Positions 1 through 11,587 of a DNA stretch of 64,000 nucleotides are shown here, one piece after another. Made by a program: the position numbers and the translations under genes. The stretch is from Mobula birostris. Taxonomy: Eukaryota. The notes under the pieces were generated by a model that was not told the DNA's origin, did not search any database, and saw nothing but the letters and a program-made list of their open reading frames with translations. How positions within the stretch are numbered: the first letter of the stretch is position 1; every line of letters starts with the position of its first letter. The DNA lies in contig NC_092381.1 of assembly GCF_030028105.1 (NCBI RefSeq), positions 46,663,474 to 46,727,473 on the forward strand, written 5' to 3'.

Positions 1-484
1 CTTGAACACCTACACAGAAAGGACTTCTCGTTCTATAAACACAAATGGCGACTAGATTTATTTATCGTAGCTCTGCTTTACTTTTAAACTAATTTTTTCA
101 GCGAACTGAGAGGTAGACATTTGAGTAGCATGACAAACGTACGGTGCACACTGAAAACTTCAGTTCCGTTCAAGCTTCACAACCAGTTCCGATATCTCAG
201 GAAAAAGACCACATCGATTTGACACACGGTTATTACACTTTTCTTCCACTTAAGTCATGTCGCGGCCTAACGTGCCCAGCCTTAGAAAGCAACCAGCCAC
301 AAAATGTAGCTCAAACCAGCCGATTTTAAAATCCCACCTCCAAACTAATTTTGTTCACAGCAATTTCTCGTTCCCCGCTCCCACACATAATTTGCTAACA
401 CGGGGACTGCATCTCGATTTTATCAGGGCGACAACTGCGCGGTCAATCATAGTGACAGGAAACTTTTCTGCCTCGGTCACAAAC

Positions 485-666
485 CTTATGATGTTTGTCC
501 GGACCCAAAGGAAACACGCGGTGAGCAAGATGGCGGGTATGGAAAGAGATGGAGATCGGGACAGAGTACACGAGCCTCCAATGCGTCTCCCGGCACGTGA
601 CGCGTCCCGCGTTAATTCCGTCACGGGCACCGCACCCTGCTGCGGCCACTCGCTTATGCGCATTGG
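485..666 (-). promoter_or_regulatory. CpG-rich promoter plus putative non-coding exon 1 (about 548 to 485) of a leftward gene, possibly BTF3L4
   Basis: CpG-rich. On the minus strand: pyrimidine start TCTCTTTCC (549-541), YY1 motif CCGCCATCTT (536-527) and donor AAG|GTTTGT at 485/484. Upstream: E-box CACGTGAC 594-601 and CCAAT 662-666. Gene identity comes only from human TXNDC12/BTF3L4 head-to-head synteny; no coding sequence is in the window. Confidence 0.45.
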
Positions 667-1070
667 GGAGCTGAGTATGTTGGTATTACCCAACAAAAGA
701 ATAGAGGGTTGTGTGAAGCTGCATATCCAACGGGGAAATTATACTATCTCTGTGTTCGCATTTTCCAATGAGCTCTTGATAATTCACTTTATGGCTTTTC
801 TAAAACTTGCGTACAAGTAGTTGGTGTCCGACAGAGAATGGGTTTTCCCAGGCAGTATTTGTTCGGACATCCTCTCCTTTTTCACTAAGAAAGATTTGTT
901 GTAAAAATATAGGATTCAGTGGAGAATACGGGCGTAGAGTTAAGTGTCGTTGCATTACTCTACAACTGAGTAACAATATTTGGGTTGAAATCCCTCTGCA
1001 ATTTATTCAGGGGTGAAATGCTAATAAACTGACAAAATGCTTTCCATTTCCAACATCCTTTCTATGTATG

Positions 1071-1167
1071 TCACACGCAATTAGTGTACCTGCTCATTTC
1101 ATGTACTGGGCAACTTTCTTGCCCCATTCCCCATTTATGTAATGAGCAGGTACACAAATTGAGTGTG

Positions 1168-1168
<1 letters not shown>
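1071..1168. repeat. ~100-bp inverted repeat (32-bp arms)
   Basis: 1071-1102 matches the reverse complement of 1137-1168 at 29/32; inner GGGCAA...TTGCCC hairpin. Confidence 0.8.

Positions 1169-1216
<48 letters not shown>
1169..1216. repeat. (TA)7(GA)17 compound microsatellite
   Basis: Read directly from the sequence. Confidence 0.95.
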
Positions 1217-1218
<2 letters not shown>

Positions 1219-1569
1219 CTTATAATGTCAAGCACTAAACCAAGATGAAAGAAATATATGAATTCCAGAGCTCCACAGAAATATAGTGATACAGTAGTTA
1301 AGGCATTAACAAGATTATAGCCTATCTCTACATTTCAGTGTATAACTGGTACAATAAAATATAGGATACTTAAATTTAATAATATGACAAAGTATTGCAC
1401 GGTTGCACTCACTAATTATCATAAAATATAATTATCAAACAAGTAAAAAGATGGTAATCATGTATTTTACCAATTTAAAAGTAATTACCTCCTTACCAAA
1501 TGCCACCAATGGAGTTTCACAATAATTTCCTCAAAGGGTCAGGCGTAATATATGTTTGGGGTTCTGAAG

Positions 1570-3784
1570 CAACTCTTGTCCTGGTGTCATCTGCTGATCT
1601 GTAGCACCACAGCCATGATGTGACATACGCCTCAGGATTCCACTGAACTAGAGAAGGTCCATGTAGTTGAACAAACATAAGTGCGGATACATGATTTATG
1701 AGAATTCTTCAGCATGTTGTTGTTATTATCAAGTTCATGGGACTGAATCCTCTCTCACACTCAGCAGTACTAATAGGGATAACTTGTGAACAGCTCAGTA
1801 ATGGGCGTAAATCTTGGGGGATGTGGCATCCACAATCTTCCACATAATCTCTGAAGGCATTTATTACAGAGGAAGAAGAAAGCTTAAACCTCTTACAGAG
1901 AGATGATATTGCAGCTTCTCTATAATTAGGTGGTATTTCAGCAGGCCAGTTATCTTTATCAAGGAAACACATTTCATTTAGCAGGGATTTATACATACTT
2001 TGAGGTTTAGAAGTTTGAGAACCTTTCAAGAATGTTGCCGTGAACATACAGTGCTGCAAATTGTTTATAAGACTGGTAAGAAACTGTAGATAATTAATGG
2101 AGACAATTTTGTTGTTGCTTGTTAAGGTAATTTCTCCAAACTTCCCCTTTTCAACTGCCTCTTGAGCTTGTAGAGTTTTTGTACCTGGTTGCTCTTTCAG
2201 TCCATGCAGTGATATTATGCTCTGTTGGATCAACTTGTCTGCATAAACAATCGTAGTAGTGCGATTCTGTAAATACTCTGACAGTAAATCAAGTTGATGC
2301 AATGTGTCATACATTAGAGCTAAGTCCAATAAAAACTGTTCTGAAGAGAGCCTTTTCAAAAGACCTTCATAGGTATTTCTGTCACTCCCAGATCTCGTTT
2401 CATCCTTCATTGCTTTTTCAAAATGAGAACACAGTGCTTCATAATTTGCCACACTGTTGAAACTGTTTGAAATAAGCTAGCTACCCACCTGGTGCCCAGA
2501 ACATGGTCTAGTTTGCAAATTTGTTGTTCTAGTTGAGAGGCACATTCAGACAGTTCCTTTTGATTTAGAGGTAATCTACTGTAAACAGAGTACAATTTGT
2601 CCATAAATGATTTATTCCATGAACTTTTCTCACCAAATCACCTACTGCAAATTCTAATCTGTGATTAAGACAGTGCCAAATTATCACATCAGGCTCCTTG
2701 AGAATTGTAGCAACACCAGATTTGACACCAAGCATTACACTCGCCCCATCACTAGCAAATGCTACAGGGTTCTGTTTCAAGTAAGAGTCATCAAACCCAT
2801 GGTTATTGAGACAGTTCAATAGATGCTTAGCAATAGTTACAGCTTTCTGATCAGGCATTTCAATTAGATCCAAAAACATAAAATGGGGATCACTTTCCTT
2901 ATCACTTTCACATTTCAAATAAACTATTAGGGCGGTTTTAATGCTCAGGCTTGTTGATTCATCAATGAGAACAGAAAACTTGCCATGTATCTGCTTGATA
3001 TGCTAGCAAATTTTCTTTTTCATATTAATGGTTATGTGATTAATTATCTCTGTAGCACAAGTGTGGGAATGCAGTCCAATTCCAATGTCAATACCATTTT
3101 TTTGAAGTTCCAATAAGCCAAAGTGATCAGAGTATGATCATTCTGAGCTAAATAATATGCAGAATGAAAAATTGAACAAGTTGCCTTTAGATGTGAAGCT
3201 TTCATGGTGTCACATAATTTTCCAGCAGCATCTTCACTAGCTATATTTTCAACACTTAGAGCATCAGTGTGAGTTTTTGATAGTTTGTGATCAACAATTT
3301 TTTTCCTGAGAGACTTCAAGTGTGTACTTTGATTGGCTCCACAATAGGATACTTGGTACATCTGCCATGCCAATTCTCCAGTGATCTTTAAGTTCTTGAG
3401 ACTGTAGAGCTTTATGTAGCTAGCCAACCATCCCTTACTAGCCTTAAACTCCTTCCTCTCGCTCTCCTCAACCCCCTCACAGTAGTGCTCATAGAGACTA
3501 AGTGCTTTTTCACACATAATTTTGCCATCAACAGGGATATGCTTCTGTGACATGTCCTCTAGCCACACACTTAATGCTTTCTCAGTCTTTGCAAGCACTT
3601 TATCACAAACCAGAGAGACCATTTTTGCCTTTGTAGGGGTAGCACTAACACTTCCATGAATTTCAGCTTCTTTCTGCTTTATTGTGTGAATGCTCGATTC
3701 ATTCTTAGCGACCTTACAGCCCACTTCAGCAAGCGACATGCCACTTTTCAAAAGATCTAAGATTTTTATTTTCTCAGCGAACAA
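1570..3784 (-). pseudogene. Frameshifted hAT transposase whose N-terminal ~135 aa are Tigger/pogo-like HTH DNA-binding domains
   Basis: ORFs 3044-3784, 2565-2918, 2407-2604 and 1709-2452. hAT motifs IDEST, ASDGA, WHCLNH, GTRW and ISTAECERGFS. The N-terminus EKIKILDLLK...FKASKGWL...LKITGE is Tigger-type. Confidence 0.85.
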
Positions 3785-4822
3785 TGCTCAAACAACGAGT
3801 GCTGGAGAGAGACTGAGGATCTGTGAAATGGCGGGAAGCTACAGCAGGGTATGCTGGGACAATGGGTCGAGCGAGCAGGAATTTCACAAAACAGTCACAG
3901 CTCCAGGATTTCACCAAAAACGATCAAATATCCTAATATTATTAGTGGTATTTTCCCCACCAGCCACCACCCCCTCTCCTCAACCCCTGCTTCCGTAAAA
4001 TTCCCTCTATTTAATATGCGGCCGCTGTTAAGTTCCCCGCTTGTTTATTTTGACCTTTTTTTTACAGAGGTGCCGGAGCAGGGCTCTGGTGAGCTCCGGC
4101 AGCTCTGCACCCCTGAGTTTATTAGTGATTAACCTAGTGTCTATTTATGGCCCATTGTTGTGGAGTTGCCTACAATGGAAACTGCTTTTCTCCAAGAGGA
4201 AGAGTTAATGTTTCTCTTTGCACAAATGCTACTTTACCTCCAGAGAATTTCCAGTGTTTACCAATTTACTTTTAAATTTCCAGTATCTACATTTTGTTTT
4301 CAACAACTTTTCTAGTGTGTAAGGCCGTTCTATAATTTTAAAGATGTGTATCAGCTTTTCAACTTTCCTCTGTTGTTTAAGCCTTTTTCCATATTTGAGC
4401 AGCCTTCTCCTCTGTCAATCATTCCATATTTATAGGAGAACATCAATAAGAAACTAACAAAAGCATTATCCTCTATTGATTAAATTGAAATAGTAAAATT
4501 ATTCCTGATTGATTTTGGATTAATTTGGAGGCAACGTGAAGCTCGGTGACATTGCAAAAGATAAGAGGTTTGCGCAGATTCTTCAAATACATCCTACAGA
4601 TTTAGAAAATGTTTCTGAGTCTGGAAAAAAAGTCATACCTTCATTCTGGCACAGTTTGCAGGAGGTTTTGTTAGAACAATATAATGTAGAAGAAAGGTGA
4701 GATGAGGTTGATATGGGTTAAGAACGAACACTAATGCAGCTTAAGAGGTTAACTAGTTTGTTGAACAGATGAAAAATTTTCCATTCTCTATCAACTAATC
4801 CAAAAACAATCTATCCACGAAG

Positions 4823-4977
4823 TTAAGGAGTACAGTCGACGTTTTGACCTGCTGAGGGGCCTCGGCCCAAAATATCAACTGTGTTCCTTTCCATAGATGC
4901 CGCCTGGCCTGCTGAGTTCCTCCAGCATTTTGTGTGTGTTGCTTTGGATTTCCAGCATCTGCAGATTTTCTCTTGTT
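4823..4977 (+). mobile_element. Penelope-like terminal-repeat fragment with short inverted 5' piece
   Basis: Same tail as 41620-41760. TSD TATCCACGAAG (4812-4822) / TATCCATGAAG (4978-4988). Confidence 0.75.
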
Positions 4978-5051
4978 TATCCATGAAGGACCGCCCCAAG
5001 TATCTGAACAAGCAAGGAAGCCAAGATTCTAATCTAACTGTATATTCAATG

Positions 5052-6297
5052 TAATAAAAAAATGCTTTGAGAGGCTGGTCAAGGATTACATCTGCAGCAT
5101 GCTACCAGCCAAACTGGACCCCCAACAATTTGCCTACCGACACAACTGATCGACAGATGATGCAGTAGCCACTGCTCTACATACTGGAGAAGAAGGATGC
5201 TTAAATGAGAATGCTGTTCTTGGATTACAGTTCAGCATTCAACACTATAATTCCATCCAGGCTCAACAGGAAGCTCAGAGACCTCGGCCTTGACCCTGCC
5301 TTGTGTAGCTGGATCCTGGACTTTCTGTCAGATCATGGGCATGTGGTAAGAGTGGACTCCCTCACCTCTGCCCCTCTGACCCTCAACACAGGTGCCCCTC
5401 AGAGCTGTGTCTTAAGCCTTCTCCTTTACTCCCTGTATACCCATGACTGCGTCACCATCCACAGTTCTAATCTGCTACTTAAATTTACCAATGACACTAC
5501 ATTGATTGGCCTAATCTCAAAACAATAATGAGGTGGTCTACAGGGAAGAAGTCATTCCTCTGACACAGTGGTGTCAAGAAACAACCTCTCCCTCAATGTC
5601 ACAAAAACAAAAGAGCTGGTTGTGGACTGCAGGAAGAATGGAGACAGGTTAACCCCTGTTGACATCAATGGATCTGGGTTTGAGAGGGTAGACAACTTTA
5701 AGTTCCTTGGCATCCACATTACTGAGGACCTGGCGTGGTCTGTCCACACCAGCTGCGTGGTGAAAAAGACGCAACAGCGCCTCTTTCACCTCAGACGGTT
5801 GAGGAAGTTTGGTATGGGCCCCCAAATCATAGGAACTTTCTACAGGGGCAGAATTAAGAGCATCCTGGCTGGCTGCAGGGGAACTGTACCTCCCTTAATC
5901 TCAGGATCCTGCAGAGAGTGGTGCAGACAACCCAGCACAACTATAATTATGAACTTCCCATCATTCAAGACATTTATAAAGACAGGTGTGAAAAAAGGGC
6001 CTGAAGGATCATTGGGGACCTGAGTCACCCCAACCTCAATCTATTCTAGCTGCTACTAACCAGGTTAACGGTACCACAGCATAAAAGCCAGGACCAACAG
6101 GCTCCAGTACAGCTTCTTCCACCAGGCCATCAGACTGATTAACTCACGCTGATTGAGTGTATTTCTATGTTACATTGACTGTTGTATTTATTATAAATTA
6201 CTATAATTGTACATTTAGACAGAGATGTAATGTAAAGGTTTTTACTCCTTGTGTATGTGAAGGATGTAAGAAATAATGTCAATTCAATTTAATTCAA
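5052..6297 (+). mobile_element. Rex1/Babar LINE, degenerate 3' part
   Basis: RT motifs [16 protein letters not shown] and TGAPQSCVLS, plus KKTQQRLFHLRRLRKFG; AATTC-type tail. Confidence 0.85.
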
Positions 6298-6620
6298 ATC
6301 AATACAGTGGGCTTGATTGCTCCTTTTTGGCTTTTGAACGGTGTCAAATATGTGCACTTAAATATGTACCTTTACATTTTTAAACTGATAGTCATGGATT
6401 TTGTGAGTGGCAGACAAGAAATCTTTGAGATATGGAGTACATCCAGGGATATCCTCCAGTTAAAAATAATTAGTATGACAGAAATTCAGCACCGAATGAG
6501 AAGCAGACCAGGCCACTTCAAAAGTATTATTTCTTATCAGAACTGACCTTCTATTTGACCTTTATTTGACCTTTTATTTGAATGCGCAACCTTTGTAGTT
6601 AAAAAGAGATAATAAAAAAC

Positions 6621-6915
6621 CAAAGGTCATAGGTTTAAGGTCAGAGGGAAAAGATTCCAAAGGGACCTGAGGGGCAACTTCAGCACACAGAGCATGACAT
6701 TTACATGGAATGAACTGCTAGAGGAAACAGTTGAGGCAGATACCATAACAATTTTTAAAATGTGTTTGGACAGTGCAAAGATAGGAAAGGTTTAGAAAGA
6801 TATGGCTTAAACACAGGCAAGTGGGACAAACTTAGATAGACACCTTGGTTGGCAAAGACAAATTGGGCCATGAGGACTGTTTCAATGATGCTTAATTCTA
6901 TGATTTAACTAACTA
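6621..6915 (+). mobile_element. CR1 LINE 3' fragment
   Basis: Similar to the 3' end of the CR1 at 13060-13312. Confidence 0.7.
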
Positions 6916-7180
6916 TGATTCGAACAGAAATATTCATATTTTCTGTTTTTGCCCTGGTGTGTATTTGATTATTTGATAATTCCAATCCAAAGCTCAAAGA
7001 AATATGAATTAAAATGAAGAATGTACAAATTTTAAAGTACTGTTCTTTTACTCAAACTATTAATCTCTGCACATTAATGAAAGTTTTCATTCTGCTCGAA
7101 ATGTCTTTGAAACATGGGGAAGTTTTCACCTCATTCACTTTGCCGTCAGATTTTTTGTGCCAAACAGGCAAGTTACATTG

Positions 7181-8500
7181 GGGACACAAAATTCTGGAGG
7201 AACTCAGCAAGTCAGGCAGCGTCAGTGGAGGGGAATAAACAGTCGACATTTCAGGCCAGGACCCTTCATCAGGACTAGAAAGAGTCAGAATGAAAGGATA
7301 TAGGAAGCGGGGAGGAGCACGAGCAGGCAGGTGATAACGGAATATAGGAGAGGAGGTAAGATAGGTCAGCGGGGAAGGAGGTGGGAGAAATGAGAATGAT
7401 GTGAGAAGCTGCAAGGTAAAATGTGTAACAGGCAAAAGGCTGAAAAAGGTGGGATCTGATAGGAGAGGGATAAAGGAAAGGAAGTGGAGAACCAAAGTGT
7501 TTGGCAGGTGTGTGAGGGGAAAGGGAAGGAGTAATGGGGCCAGAGCGATAAGAGAAGACAATGAATGAGGGTGTGGACTGAGGGGAGTGCATATCAGAAG
7601 TTATAAAAATCAATGTTGATGCCAACAGGTTTGGGAATATGAGGTGTTGTTCCTCCAACCTGCGTCTAGCCACAACTTGGCAAGAGAAGTAGCCGTGGAC
7701 AGACATGTCAGTATGGGAATGGAAAGTGGACTTGAAATGGTTGGCCATCACAAGATTCTGGCTGTTACGGCAAATGGTATGAAGACGGTAGATGAAGCAA
7801 TTTCTCCCAATCTGTGCCAGGCTTCCCCAAAGTACAAGAAGCTGCACTGGGAGCACTGAATGGCGCTGATGGATTCACATGTGAAGTGCTGCCTCACCTG
7901 GTAGAACTAATTTTGGCCCTCAGTGGTGGTGAGAGAGAGGAGGTGTAGAGGCAGGTGTAATATTTGGGATAATTGCAGGGTTAAGTACCGGGGGGGGGGT
8001 ACCTGTGGAGAGGGATGAGCAAGCACAGGTGTCACAGATAGAACAATTCCTGTGGCGGGGGGGGGGGAATGCAAATATGTGCCTGGTGGTGGGATCCAGT
8101 TGGAGACAGCAGATGTTGCAGAGAGTGATTGATACAGAGGCTGATGGGGTGGTAGGTGAGATCAGGGGAGGGGGGAGGGAACATCGACTCAGACCATGAG
8201 AGGCCTGCGTCGGGCATTTTCATGCCGTACAAGGTGCAGATTGGAAGTCTGTGTGGGGTGCCATCCCTCGCACAGACTAGAGCAATGTGTGGTTTGGTGC
8301 CTTGCTCAAGGACACAAACATGCTGCCACAGCTGAGGCTCAAACTAGCAACCTTCAGATCACTAGACAAACGCCTTAACCACTTGGCCACGTGCACTATC
8401 CTTGTTACATGGGTAGGGGGATGGCGTGAGGACAGATATGTGGGAAACAGAGGAGGTGTGGATCCCCATCCTTTGATAAAAGAGTACATCTCAGATGTTC
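7181..8500 (-). mobile_element. Penelope-like element 3' part (degenerate GIY-YIG region plus terminal repeat)
   Basis: ANHFKSTFHSHTDMSVHG...RLEEQHLIF resembles ORF 40897-41337; hammerhead-like motif at 7241-7276. Confidence 0.8.
8186..8394 (-). mobile_element. tRNA-derived SINE inserted in the Penelope fragment
   Basis: Minus-strand head GTGGCCAAGTGGTTAAGG (A box), degenerate B box and CORE-like GTGTCCTTGAGCAAGGCAC. Confidence 0.7.
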
Positions 8501-8504
8501 TGGA

Positions 8505-9033
8505 ATGGAAATAAACTTGCTCAGTTTGAGAGGGTTGAATGTTTCAAGTTTCCAGGATGCGCCACAGAAAACTTCCTGTTGCGATGCATCTCGGCTTGGT
8601 ATGGTAAATGCTTTGCTAGTGATTGCAAGAAAGCTCAGGGAATTGTGAGCACAGTTCAGCACATGACAGAAACCAGACTACCACCCTCCTCCATGTTTTC
8701 CACTGCCTCAGTAAACCCAGTCATTATCAAAGATCCCACCCATCCCAGGTATTCTCACTTCTCACCCTTCCATCAGGCAGAAATACAAAAGTCTGAAAGC
8801 ACGTGCTAGGTCTTCAGGCTCACAGACATCTTCCATCCTACTTACATGGATATCCTATCCAATTACAAGGAACGTTGCCGCCACAGAAAGGCAGCATCCA
8901 TCATCAATGACCCCCATCATCCAGGCCATGCTCTTTTCTCTCTGCTGCCATCTGGAAGGAACTACAGCAGTCTCAAGCCCCACATCACCAGGTTCAGGAA
9001 CAGTTACTACTCCTCAACCATTAGGCTCTTGAA
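8505..9033 (+). mobile_element. Rex1-type LINE 3' fragments
   Basis: KAASIINDPHHPGHALFSLLPSGR...TRFRNSY. Confidence 0.7.
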
Positions 9034-10803
9034 CCATAAGACCAAAAGATATAGAAGCAGAGTTAGGCCATTCAACATAGCTGATACATTTTCTGTCTCA
9101 GCCCCAATCTCATACCTCCTCCCCATATCCCTTCACATCCTGACTAATAAAGAATCCATTGATCTCTGCCTCAAATATACCAAATGACCTGGCCTCCACA
9201 GCCCCCTGTGGCAACAAATTCCACATATTCACCGTTCTCTGGCTAAAGAAATTCCTTTCATCTCCTATCTAAAAGGACGTCCCTTTATGCTGAGGCTCTG
9301 TCTTCTGGTCCTAGGCTTCCCCACCATAGGAAACATCCTCTTCACATCCACTCTATCAAGATCTTTCAAGGTTTCAATGAGGTCACTGCTCATTCTTCTG
9401 AATTCCAGTGAGGGGAGGCCCAGAGCCAATAAACACTCCTCATATGACAAGCCTGTCAATCCTGGAATCATTTTTGAGAACTTCCTTTGAACCCTCTCCC
9501 ATGTCAGTATGTCCTTTCTTAGATAAGGGGCCCAAAACTGTTCACTATACTCTGTGAGGCCTCACCAGCACTTTCTAAAGCATCAAAATTACATCCTTGG
9601 TTTTATATTCTAGTCCTCTTGAAATGAATGCTAACGTTGCATTTACCTTCCTCACCACAGACTCAACCTGCAAATTAACCTTTAGGGAATCCTGCACAAA
9701 TACTCCCAAGTCCCCTTGCACCTCAGGTTTTTTTTAATTTTCTCTCCATTTAGAAAAGAGACTACACTTCATTTATTTAACCAAAGTGCACGACTATACA
9801 CTCCCTTACTCTATATTCTATCTGCTACTTCTTTGCCTATTCTCCTAAACTGTCTTAGTCCTTCTGCAGATTTTCTGCTTCCTCAATACTACTTGCCTCC
9901 ACCTATCTTCATATTGTCCACAAACTTAGCCACAAAGCCATCAATTCTCTCATTCAAATCATTGACATATAATGTAAAAAGAAGTGGTCCCAATATTGAA
10001 CCCTGAACCCTGAGGATTGTCACTGGTTGCCAGCAGTCTACCAGAATAGGCCCCCTTTATTCCCATGCTTTGCCTCCTGCTAATCAGTCATGAATGGCAC
10101 CTTGTCAAAGGCCTTCTGCAAATCCAAATAAACAATATCTACTGACTCTCCTTTATCTATCCTGTCTGTTATTTCCTCAAAGAATTCCAACAGATTCATC
10201 AGGTGAGATTTCCCCTTAAGAAAACTATACCAACTTTGGTCTATTTTTTCTTGTGTCTCCAATTACCTCAATGTCATCCTTTATAGTGGACACCAACATT
10301 TTCCCAACCACTGAAGGCTAACTGGCCTATAATTTCCTTTCTTCTGTCTCCCTTCCTTAAAGAGTGGTGACATTTGCAATTTTCCATTTCTCTGGAACCT
10401 TTCCTGAATCTAGTGATTCTTGGAAGTATAATTTTTAATACCTCCACAATCTCTTCAGCTACCTTTTTCAGAATTCTAGGGTGTATTCCAATTGGCCCAG
10501 GTGACTTACCTACTTTCAGACCTTTCAGCTTCCCAAGCACCTTCTCCTTAGTAACAGCAACTACTTTCACTTCTGCCCCCTGACACTCTTGAGTTTCTTG
10601 CATATTGCTAGCGTCTTCTACAGTGAAGACTGATGTAAAATACTTACTAAGTTCATCCACCATTTCTTTATCCCTTGTTACTACCTCTCCAATGTCATTT
10701 TCCAGTGGTTCGATATTCACTCCTCTCTTTTACTTCTCATATATCTGAAAAAAATGTTGTGTATCCTCTTTTATGTTATTGACCAGCTTACCTTCATATT
10801 TCA

Positions 10804-10977
10804 CAAAATAATCTGCAGATGCTGGGGTCAAAGCAACACTCACAACATGCTGGAGGAACTCAGCAGGTTGGGCAGCATTCGTGGAAAAGATCAGTCGACG
10901 TTCCGGCCTGAAACGTCGACCGATCTTTTCCACGGATGCTGCCCGACCTGCTGAGTTCCTCCAGCGTGTTGTGAGTG
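10804..10977. mobile_element. Fold-back Penelope-derived insertion
   Basis: Inverted arms 10835-10902 / 10912-10979; 16-bp TSD TTACCTTCATATTTCA (10788-10803 / 10978-10993). Confidence 0.9.
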
Positions 10978-11587
10978 TTACCTTCATATTTCATGTTTTC
11001 CCTCCTTATGGCTTTTTTGGTTTTCAAAAGCTTCCAGTCCTCTAAGTTCCCACTAATTTTTGTTATATTATATGCCTTCTCTTTTGCTTTTATGCTGTCT
11101 TTGGCTTCCCTTGTCAGCTATGGTTTCCCCATTCTCCCATTGGAATACTTCATCATCTTTGGGATGTATTTATTCTGTACCTTCTGAATTGCCCCCATAA
11201 ACTGCAGCTAATGCTGCTCTGCCATCAACCACACTAGAGTCCCCTTCCAATCAACTTTGGCCAACTTCTTTCTCACACCTCTGTAATTCCCTTTACTCCA
11301 CTGTAATACTGATACCTCTGACTTTAGCTTCTCCCTCTCAAACTGCAAGGTAAATTTTATCACATTATGATCGCTGTCTCCTAAGGGTTCCTTTACTTTA
11401 AGCTTCCTAAACAAATCTGGTTCATTACCCAACACCATTATAATTTATATCTCACATCCTGGCAGATGTTTTGGGGGCCTGTATTTAACTCCCATCAGGA
11501 TTTTTTAACCCTTGCAGTTTCTTAACTCTACCCACAAGGATTCTACATTTTCTGATTCATGTCACCTCTTCCTAAGGATTTGATTTC

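Larger units (their letters stand above)
1008..4115 (-). mobile_element. hAT DNA transposon (KIAA1586/ZNF862-like transposase) with both ends present
   Basis: Imperfect TIR CAGGGGTGAAATGCT / CAGGGGTGCAGAGCT (12/15). 8-bp TSD AATTTATT (1000-1007) / AGTTTATT (4116-4123). Transposase fragments lie inside. Confidence 0.85.

Noticed and set aside
578-597. ERSE-like CCAAT...CACG
   Set aside because: Spacing is 10 rather than 9, the core is GCACG, and it lies 13 kb from TXNDC12.
257-820. 187-aa + ORF and overlapping minus ORFs
   Set aside because: No recognisable protein; expected by chance in CpG-rich DNA. AAGATGGCGG is better explained as a YY1 site.
1709-3784. Domesticated gene (KIAA1586, ZNF862 or TIGD1)
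   Set aside because: Multiple frameshifts and stops, with TIRs and TSD still present.
8340-8394. tRNA genes (also 31550-31622 and the V-SINE heads)
   Set aside because: A/B boxes are present, but the cloverleaf is degenerate and attached to SINE bodies.
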